From Calcarisporiella thermophila CBS 279.70 (Eukaryota; Fungi; Calcarisporiellomycota): DNA of 64,000 bases. This document shows, piece by piece, positions 35,501 to 50,200 of this stretch (position 1 is its first letter; each line of letters starts with the position of its first letter). A model generated the notes under the pieces. The model saw nothing but the letters and a program-made list of their open reading frames with translations. It did no database searches and was not told the DNA's origin. A program made the position numbers and the translations under genes. The stretch spans positions 728,870 to 792,869 of the forward strand of contig NW_027192202.1 of assembly GCF_041956535.1 (NCBI RefSeq), read 5' to 3'.

Positions 35501-38189
35501 CATCTGCTTCATAATCAAACGCAGTGGAGGATTTTCGCTCAGTCAGCTGAGGCGGCCTAAAATTACGACTGACAGTAGGGATATAGGCAAGTCTCCATAT
35601 TCCCCGCAAAATATCGTACGTCACGCGCTCCACTCTTCCATTCCAAAGCTTGGTCAAATTCGGCGGTGCACCGTCTTGCTCAAGATAGGTCATAAGTAAA
35701 TCCACATTAATCGGCAACTGTGATGGCGACCATCCCATTATAATCGGCGTGGAGAGCCAGCTGCTTGCTGCACTGCTACCAGCGTCTGATTGAACTACGC
35801 ACACTATTTTCACAGTATCAAGGGACACCGCCTCAATACGCCAGCCGGCCACATCGACTTGTGAACGGGTATGAGTTGGGAGAGGGGGTGGAAGCAAGGT
35901 GCTAAGCGAGTCCTCAGAGGCAGATGTAGCATAAAAATCGACTGTCTTCAAATCGCCCAATCGTGAACATAATAAAACAACATCGCGTGGTCTATCAAAA
36001 AGAAAAAAATAGTTAAATCAAAGGTTATACGAATACCTTGGAGGTACGTACTTTGAGGGCCAGAAGCCTTTTAATTTGACATGGTAGAGACTGTTGTTAC
36101 CGTTTAGGTGAGCAACAAATACTGCATCATCTACTATTTTAGCCCCTACGTATTCAAAAAGTTAGAGACATATTGAATGAATTGAATTGGTCACTAGTGA
36201 AACTCCAACTTACATCGATGACTGGCCTCTGCACATTCGATCGCGGCTTTTACATCCCACAAATTCCAGCCTCGAAAGACTCCCTCGCACCGATATGTTG
36301 TGTTTGTCTGGGCTGAAGACTCGAGTCGACTAATGGTTACATCATTTTTCTGTAAAATGCTTCTCCACTGGGAGCGGTTCTCTTGTAGTATTAGAGAATT
36401 AAATAGTTTGTATGCTCTATCAAGCTCAGGGAGTTTCTTAATCGAAAGAACAGGGAGTGGCGCTGATGCAGAAGTCGAGGAGGTACTTGTAAGGATGCTA
36501 TTCATACTCTGATTGTCGCCAGAAAAAGATGTCGATGTAGCTATGGTTTCATCAAGAGAGGAGGAACGGATATTCCCTTTCGTGCGATCGGAGAGCAGTA
36601 GAGTGGTGAGACTTCTTCCATCTCTCCAAGTTAACCAGTTCTGTGTCATTTCGTCATCTGCCGGATAGACTGGCACAGAAACGCCGTTTAACCGTATATC
36701 AGGTGGTTCATTTTTGTTTTTCTGAGGACTCCGAGGCCCACGCTCAATCTTTAAGGCTGCAATCAAATCTTCAAGGTGGCCTTGCTCAGGATTAGTGTGG
36801 CAGTCGTGTTTCACTTGAAGCACGCATCTAGACCCCTCGAAAAAACTATAGCACTGTACGGATTGCGCGGTGGGCTCAGCATCACGACAACCACTAAGAA
36901 TATGTGCAGCGATGTTAATATATTCGCAGGCTCCCCATCGCTCTGCATCCATTTCGACTTCGAGCGAGCATGCAGGAATATTGGAGATCCACTTCAAAGC
37001 GCGTGAGCTTCCCACTTCATCCATATTATTGGAATCAATTGAAATACAAGAGACCAATCTCTCATTCTCGAGTTGATTACTATCACGTGTCTCTATACTT
37101 GAATCCACAGTGCTTGATGAGGGATCTCGCTTGATAAGTGTATATCGAAGCTCATACACGTAATTATCCTCAGCCTCATTTATTGGAGTGTACTCTTGAT
37201 GATCTACTTGAATTCTTTCACCTCGTCTTGTCAAAGAAGGTGGGGCGCCTTCTTCAGAGAGCAACTTCTTGAGGTTAATGATTGAATCTATTGCATGTTG
37301 CCCTAGCGCCAGGGAGGAACTGACGCGCCTCGCACGCATGTCTAGATGATGGTATACGGTGACGCGCAATCGATGGCGGGACGCGTCGACTTCAGGAGGG
37401 ACTATCTGTATATGCCAGGCAGCGAGTTCAAGGCGAGCGCGAACATATGGGTGATGTGGCGAAAGGTAGGCTGGAAGATTTTTCGAGTTAGGAAGTGAAG
37501 TTGCGATATAAACAACACTAGTCTCATCAACAAATGATGTCTCAATGGTAACAAGGTCACGTGGGCTATAGAGATTAATCATAAAAAAATTATATTTCAA
37601 GAATCATCACAGATATGTAATTAAAAAAAAGTAGAGAAATAGTAGATTACCTCCCGCGCCATGTAGTTTTTAAAACAGTCTTGGTGATAAAGATAGCTGC
37701 ATCATGCATCTCAAAGAGTGAGCAATCCTCAACTAAACTATTCCCTAATAGATAATTAATAGAGAATTTAAGATATCCGTCTATTTGTTGAACTATTCAA
37801 GATTCTTACATGTCGATCTAAGACCTACACACTCTAATGTTGTTTTCCAATCGGAAAGGTCTACTTTTGCAACCACCCTCCCGCCAGTCAGCGTTGCTGT
37901 AGTGCGAAAGACCTCACCAGATCTGTTGGGCCACCGACGCTTTTGAACCCGGATATTCCTATCTTCACTAGACTCAGCAGCCACCTCCTTCCAACTAGTA
38001 GCATCGCTCGCTGTGAGATCGCGAAAATAAGCAAGAGCAGAATCAAGGGCTTGGATCTGATTGTGGCGAACACTGGATTTTATCGAAACAAATTAATAGA
38101 ATTAGCAAAATATTGGAGAGGAAAAGCTAACATCAATGATCTCACCTTTCACAGTTTAATTGCTCGTCGCTGTTTTTCTGAGTGGTCAT
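32536..38189 (-). CDS. Large protein with three START (StAR/Bet v1-like) lipid-transfer domains and a C-terminal TM helix, multi-exon
   Basis: Three copies of the W..R..W...PRDxV...R......W pattern (SPRDLV/YVRA; KPRDVV/HTRS; KARDLF/RPRA...LDLGGSIP). TM segment YSFLVLLSIMLASLIAGALL. Confidence 0.82.
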
Positions 38190-39000
38190 GTTTATAAGAC
38201 AAGGACGATCATTGATTATAGTGTTGGAAGCAGAGCAAATGGAAATTAAAATTTATAGATATACTGAACGAAAAAAAAGGAGATATAACTAAATATTGGG
38301 CGCAAAAGAGGCAGTAGTGCAATCAGAGCAATTATAATCTCTAGAATTATGCTATCTTTGCATTTGTATTCGCCGTGTTGTAAAACACGCGACTTGTAAA
38401 AGTGGTTCTTTAACGTCGAACCCCGACAAGAAATAACAGCAGACGTGTTCATTGAACATTACAATATAAAATCGAACCATAAAAACCTGATTCGAATCAT
38501 CCAAAGGAAGTAAGTAATACATAATCAGGAAGCCACCTAGACAGATGTGCTACGACTAATAATATTAAAAAGATACAAACCGGCCAATATTGAAAATATA
38601 AAGCGAGAAAGCGATTCAGTTGAGATATTCTCCTGCTGAAATAATTAGACAAAACAAAGATGTAATAAAGCTTCTGCATTTTGAAAGCCCCATTCTATCT
38701 GCTTATTTCCATATCCGTGGAGGAATTAAATGACAACTATTAATACGTGTATTTTTTCACGACTTTATACAACAATAGAGCAGATTAGAAGGCGAGCATG
38801 GGCTAGTGTTGAAATCGATATTAACAGACTATTTTTATCTAGTATTGACCTAAAATAATGGCCTATTTTTAATATTTACTTGTTTGAGCTGAGATTTATT
38901 CTGATATCTCTAGAAACACATTGAACTCTCAACTTCTTTATGAAGAATTCGCTCATTTCGTTCACTCTAATTTTCTCTAAAATAAATTATCAAATTAAGG

Positions 39001-39008
39001 CAGTCACA
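39001..39008 (+). promoter_or_regulatory. Homol-D box (CAGTCACA) upstream of MPH1
   Basis: Exact match to the S. pombe Homol-D consensus, ~53 nt before the ATG. Confidence 0.45.
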
Positions 39009-39060
39009 AATGAAAAATTAGGTGTTAAACGCGAGATCAGAATTCTGTTTCCTCAGTAAA

Positions 39061-42000
39061 ATGGAAGGTAATTTATACTTTTGAATTTTTCATTAAAGAT
39101 CTTTTATTTCCATGAATACCATCTCACCCTACTGCTATTATAGACGATGATGAATTCGACGAATTTGATATTCCGGTAGAGAACGAGATTCTTCTTAAAG
39201 CGTTAGAGGTGGCGGAGGCCGAGGGCGGTCAGTCCAGTACTCGCGACAGTTTCCCAAACAGGAGCAGCAATGCAAATGAAAATCGAGGAAGATTACAAAC
39301 TAGCTCTTCGATCACGAACAGCTTCCACCCCGTCGATCCATCTCAAATCAATACATGGATATATCCAATAAATTACCCAGTGCGAGATTACCAATTTAAC
39401 ATAATCCAACGTGCACTTCATACCAACACCCTAGTTTCACTTCCAACAGGACTAGGAAAGACATTTATTGCTGCTGTACTGATGTATAATTATTACCGGT
39501 GGTTTCCAGAAAGCAAGATCGTATTTATGGCACCAACCCGTCCACTAGTTGCGCAACAAATTGAAGCCTGCTACCGTGTCTGCGGTATACCCCAGAGTGA
39601 GACGGCAGAGCTTACCGGTGCGCAAAACCCTGAGTCTCGAAAAAGCATTTGGAGAGAGAAGCGCGTATTTTTCCTCACTCCACAGGTAATGCAAAATGAC
39701 ATTATGTCGGGTACATGTCCTTCCGAAAGAATTGTCTGTATGGTTGTGGATGAAGCGCATCGAGCGATGGGTAGCCATTCTTACTGTGAGGTTATCCGTA
39801 AATTACACGAAGTTCACACCAATATACGCGTATTGGCTCTCACTGCTACTCCTGGATCGGATGTTCAGACCGTACAGTCTGTGATCACTAATCTACGCAT
39901 CTCGCGGATCGAGATTCGTACTGAAGAATCGCTGGACATACGACAATACATCCATCGGCGTACAATTGAACCTATTGTTATTCCACTGAATACCACCATT
40001 ACAAGTCTCCGGGATCGATTTTCGCAAATTATGAACATTTTCTTACGGCGTCTTAACAATGCACAGGCTTTCCATGAAACAGACCCCAATCGTGTCACAC
40101 GATATCTAGTTCTTATGGCGCGTAACCGCTACCGCGAAACACTGGCACGGCGCAATACTCAAGCGCAGAATGCTGCCGTAGAGGGCGACTTCACTATCGT
40201 CATGTCTTTAAGCCATGCCCTTAATTTACTTCAACTCCATGGTATCTACTCGTTCTATTTAAATCTGCAAGGCTGGATAGATGAAGCACAAAAAACCCTT
40301 TCGAAGGGCGGAAAGATATCCCGTGCGCGACAGGAGTTAATGCGCAATCCTGATTTTAATGCAGGGATGGATAGCATTCGAAAAATGATGGACGACCCGA
40401 CCTTCTCTAGTCACCCCAAACTCGAACGCCTTGTTTCTATCGTGGTTCACCATTTTGCAAACCACGAGGAGGATCAAAGGCAGCAATCCTCGCATGAGCC
40501 CCACGAAACACGGGCAATGATATTTTCCCAGTATCGAGAAAGCGTGAGTGAGATTGCACGTGCACTTGAAGCACATAAACCCATGATACGCGTCATGACA
40601 TTCATTGGTCAAGCCTCAGCGCGTGGAGGCAAAGGGTTTTCGCAGAAAGATCAGCTTAAAGTATATCTTGCAAACATGTTCATCTAAGACCCGGCTGAGG
40701 AATAACATGCACTTCACATAGGTTATTTCACAGTTCCAAAAAGGCGGATACAACGTTTTGGTTTGCACATCGATTGGAGAAGAAGGGCTGGACATCGGAG
40801 ATGTAGACCTGATTATATGCTATGACTCACAAAACTCTCCTATTCGGATGGTAGGGATGGCTGAAGCTATGTCCAATGCAATTAACGCTCCTCATCTTCG
40901 AATGTTTTATTGTCACTAGCTCCAACGGATGGGTCGTACCGGCCGGAAAAGACAAGGTCGTGTGCACGTCTTGTTGACAGAAGGGAAGGAAGAGCAAAAT
41001 TATAAACGCTCCCTTCAGTCTTATAAGACCATCCAGAAAGCAATTGCATCAGGAGAGAGGTTCGAGTATTATCCACATAACCCACGCATTCTTCCTGAAG
41101 GCGTTCGTCCTGTTTGCGATAAACGAGTGTTGGAATTCACCGAGTATGTGCAGCGCACCAGAGGGCGACGTAAAACGCTATTACCGGTGGGTGAAAAAGC
41201 AATTGAAGAGCGGCCGACAAGGTCAGCATTTAGTGAGAGTGTGTTGGAGGAATTCGCGAGAGCTGGTGGCGGGAGACCGCTGAATTTCATGCAGTGGCAG
41301 AAGGAGTTGACTCCGACCTCGCTCATTGGACATTCTAAGCGAACACGCTTGGTAATCGACTGGTGTGCCCAGAGTGCTTTGCTAATGAAGGGAAGTCGGG
41401 GGAATCGAATTGGCGCGTTTGAGGCGGATATGCGGAGATGGCTTAATCCGGCGGATGTATATGGGTACAAGGAGGCAATAGATCCTGAGGCAAATGAGTA
41501 TGAGATCGCACCACCTGTGCGTAATGCGAACAAGCGTAAAATAGATGAGCTTAGTGCAGAGATTGAAACGAATGCTAAGCACAAGGCCAAACTGGATGAA
41601 AGAGCGCTTGCATTGGTAGATGACGAGGATGACTTGATAATCGAGGCGGGATTAGACGACCTGTTGCTGCAAGTTGGAAATTCGATCAACCGGCAACCGC
41701 AAGAGCACCATGAGCTTATTGACTTAGATTCCGAGTCATATGCACCCGGTGAAAAAGAGGGTTCACCTGAAGAGTTTTCCGCACTCGAGTTGGAGTCGGC
41801 AGGAAAAGCAATGGCCAGAGACAGGTATTCGTCTGTCCGAGAGGGGTTTTCGTCGCCACCGCCGCTTCCTCCTCCCATTTCGCCATCGTTTTCCCCTGAA
41901 GTTATACACATCGATAATGGCAGCTTGTCTGAGAACAAGCTGTCCAACTTGGATGTTTTTGAAGCTGGTCCGGTCATACACTCGACTCCAAATGTGATTG

Positions 42001-42158
42001 GAGATGGCGGTAAGTCGAAGAAGTTTGCGTTTGATGACGACGTTTTTGCTGAAGGGCGATTCCATCGAGTTGTCTTGCCTTTTGAGCGAGAGGATGAAGT
42101 AATGCCCTTACCTGAAGAGCTATGTTTTTGGAAGAGAGTGGATACAAATGTATTATAA
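39061..42158 (+). CDS. MPH1: FANCM/Mph1 DEAH-box DNA helicase, 4 exons
   Basis: [64 protein letters not shown]. First coding exon is 7 nt (ATGGAAG). Confidence 0.97.
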
Positions 42159-42386
42159 TTTGCTCCAAGTGTAAATATCCCCATTTTATTTTTATCACTA
42201 CGCCCAGCAATATCCCACTTACTCCAATAGTCCTAGCACCGGTATAAGCAACTCTGCGCAAAATTTGGATCTGAACCCCTAAAGCCAAATAATTTTATCC
42301 AGTTGCCACACGTGCAACCTCAACCACTCTAATTTAGGTCATCCTTGTTGATATGAAATAGTTCTCTTCTTTTCATTAGCATAAAC

Positions 42387-45300
42387 ATGAAGTTCAGACA
42401 GAAACTCATCACTAATCAGGTCCCAGAATGGTCCCATCACTATATAGGCTACGATAAACTCAAAAAGTCCATCGCGGTGCTTCATGCTTCCCGTAGTAAT
42501 AATCAAAATTTGGAGATTGCAACATGTACTAATTATCATGCTCTGTGTGTATTATCGAACCAAGCTAATGCTTTTTCATTTCTTCAACGCTAGTCCTCCG
42601 GACATTGGACCATGAAATTCATAGAGTAGCCGCGTTCTATGATGATAAACAATCCGAGCTGGAACGTCGCTTGAGAGCATTCTGTTCTACTGAAATCAAT
42701 TGCCCCGATGAATGGCTTTTAGACAAGGCCTTGGAACAGCTGAAAGACGAAATTTACAAGTTATCTGACTATGGTGTATTGAATAAACGCGGGTTCGAGA
42801 GAATATGGGAGGATGTTAGAGCCAAGTTCCAGAACGCAGGAGTGGAGAATTTGGACAGCTTGGAGAAAAATGTAAAATTGATTTGAAAACAGTGAAATAG
42901 TTGTGAGAATATTATTCAATTACTAATTATTCTGACAGTTCTCTCAGCTTTCATTTGTTGTACACTCAAGTGAGCGCGGGGGACTAGCCGCCCGATTTTT
43001 GCCTCTAATAATAAGGGCGCGTGAGTCCATAAGAACGCTTAGAGCTGATAGATGGGCGAAGAATTTGAGCTTTTCCCTTGAAGACTTGCACGTTCTCTGG
43101 AAACATCTCGAGAAGGATGATGCAAACAGGTTGGGTCAGCTATGCCTATCTTTTACTGACGTTGAAAATGGTGCAAATAGAAAACAAGCGGTAAGATGTT
43201 TTTCTTAATATGGTTTGTATTTCTAATTTTTCTAATTTCTTTATCCTTTTTCGCTTCCAATCTCAGCTTCTCAACACTTTATTATATTTTGCCTGTCGGT
43301 ATTACTCTATTAATTGTCTCTCATTTCTGCTGGAGCAAGGAGCTCGAGCAACTGATCCCCTCTGTATTGATGGGCGATCCCTGATTCATCTACTTCTTAT
43401 CCATGGCGACAAGTTTGTTTTACGCAATGGCTCTGCACCCAGCAACTCTTTATCCAATTCACCGCATTCCTCTCTTATTTATCTTCTTTCTTTACTTCTC
43501 GACCGCTCCGACTGTACCAGTTCTGCAGATCTGTTTCACCGATTGCCACTCCATTACGCCGTTATCAATGGTTACCCCAATGCTGTAAAATTGCTGCTGG
43601 AGCACGAGCTAAAATTGCTCGGCAATTTTAAGACAACCAGTGAGTGGCATGACTCGAATGGCTGCACACCACTATTCTATGCTACGCAAGCAGGTGATCT
43701 AGAGAGTTTGAGGTACTTGATTGAAATAGGGAGTATCCAGAACGTGGATGCAAGTGAAAATGGTAATATAAGATTGGGCAACGTATGGGCTTCTTTTTTT
43801 TTCTAACTCGGTTTATAATCCAGTTCTAATACCGAAAATTCTATCCAATTCTGACGAGTTAAACGGTCTACCACCTCATCACTCTAAACCAACCTTACTT
43901 TCGCTTGCATGCAAGTATGGGCACGTGGACATTGTTCAATTCCTTGTAAAGTACGGTGCCGACCCCATTATTTCAGTTGATGAAGAAGGCCACAGTCCTC
44001 TACACATTGCAGTGCAAAAGGATTCCGCTGAGATTGTCAAGACCCTACTAATGGCAACTAATAAACTTGGACCGAACGAGCTTGAGAAGAGAGAGAGAAT
44101 AATGGGATGGACACCCTTATTCTTGGGAGGTGAGCCAAAAAAAATTACCCAATTTGCATGAAATTTAATTGACATATGCGTTTATGTAAATATATAGCAA
44201 TTGAAGGTCATATGGAGATGGTAGAACTTCTCCTGAAGGCCGGCGCAAATCCCAACACCGTAGATAAGATTGGCCTAACTCCTCGTGATCATGCTATCTA
44301 CCATGGACATATACTCCTTGCTAAGCTTCTCCCCCTGACTTCAATGCCTTTGGAGAAAAAATCTGCCCTACACAACACAAGAGCCCCTCTACCCCAAATT
44401 CTTCCCCGTAACCAATGCATGATCGCCGTGACTTTTGGTTCGAACAACTGCAACATACCTTTTGTACAGTTATACCGTCCGGCTCGTCCGGTTAATATCC
44501 AAGTGAGTTTCTCTGCAAAGGATGTGCATATTCGGAGAATTTTGAATTTGGTGGACCCTGAGCCAATGGTGATAATGGTCGAGCGAGAAAACGAGAAACT
44601 TGTTCTTCATTTTGATATTTCTAGCATCGGTAAAGATGATAATGAGGTTCGGGGATATGCTAGAGCAAACATACGCATCGGTGATGAGATGGCTCTGCTT
44701 GACCCCGCTCTATCGGCCCCGATTATCGACTCCCAATCCCTAGACGAGATTGGAAAGATAAATTTCGAAATTCTAGTGGCAAGACCCTTTTTGGATCAAG
44801 AAATTAGCCCTCAAGGAGCTTCATGGGAGAATGAAAAGACAATAGTAATAATATAGGATGGATAATTCATATTTGATTCAAAAATTTTCTTCAACATTAT
44901 TCTCGGTTAGATTATTGGACATCGTGGACTCGGAATGAATAGAAGAGTATCCGGTTCCACAAACCTTCAGCTCGGAGAAAACACGTTGCTTTCATTCGAG
45001 ACAGCCGCCTCGTTGGGCGCAGAGTACGTGGAATTTGGTAGGTTGAAGTCTCTACTCTTTAGGATGATGTTTAATTGTGCACTAATATGGCCGTTTGAAT
45101 GTGAAGACGTGCAAGTAACCAGAGACCTTGTCCCGGTTATATACCATGATTGGATTGTGAGTGAGACAGGGGTGGACGTTCCAATGCACTGCGTCACACT
45201 AGACCAGTTTCTTGCGCTGCGCCCTAGCAACAAAACGCATCACGACCATCTAGGCTGTATAACACCTCATGACCCTGCCCAAGCTCAGCCCAAGCATCCG

Positions 45301-46043
45301 AGGCCTCATGCAGTTCGGCGCTCCAGTAGCCTTGACGCTATGCGTAGTCCCGTTCCCGATAATACCCGATTGACGCGCGCATTCCAGCTTGGAAAGCTAA
45401 AGGGAAACAATCCCAATACCATTCATGCCCCGTTCACCACGCTTGCACGAGCTCTAACCTCTTTGCCGCCAGGAGTTGGCTTTAACATAGAAGTGAAGTA
45501 CCCGATGCGCGACGAAGCTCTCCAGGAGAGTTTGCACACTCACCTGAACCTCAACACCTTCCTCGATGTAATTCTTATGTGCGTTGCCCAACATGCCAAC
45601 AAACGCCGCATTATTTTTTCCTCTTTCCACCCCGAGACGTGCATTCTACTCCGACAGAAGCAGAGCGCTTATCCGGTGCTCTTCCTGACAGACGCAGGGG
45701 TTGAACGTATGGTGGACTCACGATGTAATTCTCTGTGCGATGCGGTAGAATTTGCTTGCCAAGCGAGACTCGACGGAATTGTTTCTGCAAGCGAGCCGAT
45801 AATTATGGCGCCACGATTGGTGCAGAAAGTCCATGAGCAAGGTTTGTTGCTCTTCACCTATGGAACCCTAAATAACGATGCGGAGAACGCAAAACTGCAG
45901 CGAGACTTTGGGGTTGACGCAGTGATAGTTGTGAGTATTCCAATTGACTCTCCTCTAATGCCTTATTTCAGAGTTGACCCTTGTTTATTGACCATTCATG
46001 GTAGGATTCTGTCGTTGCCATTCACAACAGTCTGAAAAGTTAA
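42387..46043 (+). CDS. GDE1: SPX-ankyrin-glycerophosphodiester phosphodiesterase, multi-exon
   Basis: MKFRQKL...PEW..HYIGYDKLKK (SPX); ankyrin repeats (LPLHYAV, TPLFYA, SPLHIAV); IIGHRGLG, ENTLLSF, EFDVQ, FNIEVKYP, IIFSSFHP (GDPD). Confidence 0.95.
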
Positions 46044-47294
46044 GCATAGTCTCTTGCATCTACGCATCAGAAAATATATATTGCATTTTATTGCATTATA
46101 CCTGGTTATTTTTTTTCTGATTGGATTTTCAGTATCGCAAACGCTTTCTTTTTTTTTCGTTTGAAGGCAATTTGGTGTTTATTTTGCCCATAACAACGAC
46201 GGCAAAGATATAGTGGGGACAATGTCTTACCTTAGTCCCATCTTTCATTATGATCAAGCGCTAAATCATTTTGGGCAGAAAGCATCGTGATGAGAAATTG
46301 TGAAGTCGCCTTAGAGAAATTGCCCAAGTTTTCCCAAGCAAGATTTGAGTCTAGCCCATCAGGGTTGCCAGCCCTTACTATTGGGTTCATTGCCATCATT
46401 CAGGAAACAGTTATCAAACATCTTTGAAATACGTTCACACACGAATTATATTTCTTGTTCGATCGCTAATGCCTCATCGATGTATGCATCTCCAGCCTTA
46501 GATTTAGGTTGCATAGTGTATCCATCCAGATCTACTGCATTATCCAAAAACAGTTATGAAACCAAATATTCATATCGGGATAAATCTACATCTAACTCTG
46601 GAATTTGAAAATGTTTTCAAACATTCTTGTTTTAGGGAGAGGTAATTAGATGATGGTGTTTGCGAAGCAATTGTGAATCAATACCCAGCAAAGACGGGCT
46701 CTGTGTATACGGTATGTATTCAGAATTGTACAAACAATGATTGATTGATTTGTATTCATACTTTGTAAGTCTCCATCCTCTCAGAAAAGCATCACAACAT
46801 TTTACTACTTAAGTTTGCCTCTTTTGTTTTGGGCAGAGAGTAAATGTAAATATAATGTTTAATGTCGAGAATTATATACATTTGTTAACAATTATATGTA
46901 TATATATATCAAGACCATCCGCTGGAGTTTATAATGAAATTAGCCATTAAAGCCGTGCAAGGTAAAGGAACCGTTTCAACTTAGAAATGGTACTGTATTA
47001 GAGGAAAATAGATAAGACAAACAAACTAGCCATGAGGACTTGGAGTAAAGAGTTCAGGATGAGTCTTCTCACCAAATATGAAACTATTAAGCTACGGGAT
47101 GAATTGTATATAAGAAATATCATATCTAAGCATTATAAAGGTTGTTTTGCTTTCTCTCGTTTCGCACGCTGGAGCTCTTGTGTCCCTTGTAGTGACTCTC
47201 CTATCCCGCTTTCTTGTTCTTTTTGTTCTTTCATACCTCCTGGCCGTTTCTCGCTATGAAAAAGTTTACCTACAGATGCCTAGACAAATAGCCA

Positions 47295-50200
47295 TCATGC
47301 TATTAACCATCTAACATCCCTCATCACAAAAAACATCGCCGTTACCTTAAAGGAGTTCTCAAAGAGCCGCAATCGTCCCCGGAACAAAATGTTTTCTTTC
47401 GATTTGCGCTTTGGGGTCTCCAGAGATTTGGATCGATTTCTCATGTGATCTGAGGCCTTATTTGCTTCGACTTCAAAACTATTCGATTTAGTAGCAAGGT
47501 TCTGTTTATGATGTTCATCTCTTGGGGCGTTGGCAGGTTCCCTTGAACTATGTAAATCACCCTTCCGCTCCCTTTCCGCGCTTTTGGAATGATGCCTCCG
47601 ATCATGCCTGCGATCCGGTTCTTTATGGGGATCACGAGGGTATGAGCGATGAGAGGATGAGCGGTGATGATAATCTTTGGAGCCTGTCCTTCTCTTTGAT
47701 TCCATCCTATCGGGCGTTCGCCCTGATCCCGCTATAGATGAACTGGGCCGTGCACTGTGTCGTGACATCCTGCTACTTTCTGCTCTATGTTTTTGGTATG
47801 CTTGAGTGAGCGTGGGTGTATGCTGGTACGACCTTAAATTGGAGGGCTTGGATTCAGACGTGGATTCATGCAATTTAGTGTGATATTGATCTGAACACGA
47901 TCCTGTGCGTCGACTATCTTGAATATCAGCTATCGGCCTCGACGGTGTCGAGTTGTGTGCTCTTGCATCTTCTGAATGTTTACCAACATATTCGTGTTGC
48001 ACATTGCTGCCAGAACTCAGTGGTGGTTCCTCGCTAATTGATGCGGGTGGAGAGGAGTATATCTTACTGCCTCGTACAATCGGTTTCGCACTGGTATCAA
48101 ATGAGTCGTGTTGATAGCCGGAAGTTCCTAAGCTCTCATCTGCGTTCGGGTCCTCAGCTCCCTCACTGCCACCGCCTGGCCTTGACAATCTTCTTGTTTC
48201 CGTGTTGCGCGTTTTGTCGTCCGCTGCGAATGTCTTGAGAATGCTTATTTTATCCTCACCCTTGACACCAGAACTGCGGTTGGAGTTTGACTCTCGGTCA
48301 TAACTGGAGAGAATCTCTTCTGGAGTAATCGCATCGCCGTTGGCACCTAATTTATGATACTCCTTGGTTTCCAAAGGGGGTATAGGTAATTGCAGGGGCG
48401 CCTTGCTGCTTGCATCCCCCTCTATATATAGCCGGTCAGCGGTGGCAGACTCACGCACCCTACTAGATTTCGTAATGTCAGGTTGCTCATTCGTTTCCAA
48501 CGGTGGCTTGGGATCGATTGAAAACGAATCCTTCAAGGGAGAAGAATAAGAAGGCAAATTCTGCTTAGCCAACTCAGTGCTAGGATGTGAAGAGGAGTTG
48601 TAGGCCTCAGCACTCCTCATTCCGTCAAAAGCTGGTTCCCCGGCATTTTTGGAACTTGCAGACACAGAACCAGTTGTGGTACTACGGCTCCTGCTTTTTT
48701 CTATGATCTCTTTGCGAACCTCCTTTTCAATATCGTAACTGGAAGCTCTTGGCATCGCAGACTTTCTATTGCCTGTAGGATCACTGAATCTCTTCGACGG
48801 ATCTTTAACTTGCGGGTGGGGCAAACTTTCGGTATTATGCGGAACCAAGCTGGAATGGGTGAGGTTGGGAGGGGGCGGAAGCTCTTTGTTGGGAGGGGGA
48901 GTTGGGAAGGGAACATTCACTAACGAACGCCTCAAGTGGCGCTTTTTACTTAACGAGTTACGGCCCCTAACGCCCGATGTTGCAATAGTGTCTTCTATGG
49001 ACTCTTTCGCTCCATTTGCATCCAAGGCATTGGCAGCAGCTAAAGCTGGATCATGGCTAGGAGCTTCAGATATAGAAATATGGTGGTCAGAGTTTTTCAA
49101 TTGAGGATCAGTTAGTTTCTCATCTGTCTTAATATCCCCACTGGTTCTTTGCTGGACTTCCCCATCTTTCTCGTGAGCATTACTCGGCAAAGGAATTTTT
49201 TGTTCTTTGGATTTCTCTTCATTCATCTCGGGTTCTTTTGGCTTAACTTTTGCTACGCTTTCTTTGACGGGTTCGTGGCCAGCTCCAAGAGATGCTGGCT
49301 TTCTTGTGTCGACACTAGTGTTAATTGAATTTTGAGTTTGACCCGGTACTTTCTGTGGAGCCGTATCGTTCGACGGGAACATCGCCGGGTGCCCAAAGAA
49401 GTCATCTGCGCTATAGTGTTTAGCTATTACGTCGGCAGTTGCCACCACAGGTATGTCGTAGACATTGGCATATGCAGGGCAATTAATGGAGTCAGCCTTC
49501 AGGTGTACATAAATAGAATATATATTAGAATAAAGCTATAAATATATGTGTACAAAACTACTCACATCGGCAGGGTATGATCGAGGCCGTAAGCTTTCTC
49601 GTTTATTTGTGTCATCCGGCACGGCATTTGCAATCGAACCCGACTAATATTACCATTAAATGTTAAAAATCATTAAACTACCCAATTTCCAAGATTAATT
49701 TACCCTTTCAGGATTCTTGCCATCGCGATTAGCTTTTCCAGTACTTTTTCTTGCACCGCTTTTTTCGGATTTACGTGCTTTTTGTCCTTTGTCTGTGTCC
49801 ATTTCTGGGCTCTTCTTATCATCCTTTTGCATTGATCTACGCCTAGATAAGCCAGGGCTGGATCCAGCAACCCAAGATTTCACTCTAATGACCTTATTCT
49901 TCCATCCAGAATTCTTGGATGAGGTGGAATCGGCCTTCTGCTCTGCACCGTCCTCCTTTGTCGTGTGCATATCTTGCTCATTTCTTGGGATCCTATCAGC
50001 AGGTGAGATGCTCTCTTCTCTAGATTTTTTCGTGATCTCTGGAGCATTCTCGTCTTCTTGAGCATTTTTGTCTTTCGAATGAACCTCGTTTCGTGGAATA
50101 TCCCTATCCTTTGCAGTACCCTCATCCTTTGAAATGTTCTCAGCCATTGGGATTCTCTTTGGTTTTTGGGCTTCCTCAACTCTGTAATTTTGCTGCTCTA

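Noticed and set aside
41069-42184. 371-aa antisense ORF over the MPH1 C-terminus
   Set aside because: Ser-rich mirror of an acidic sense strand, with no recognisable motifs.
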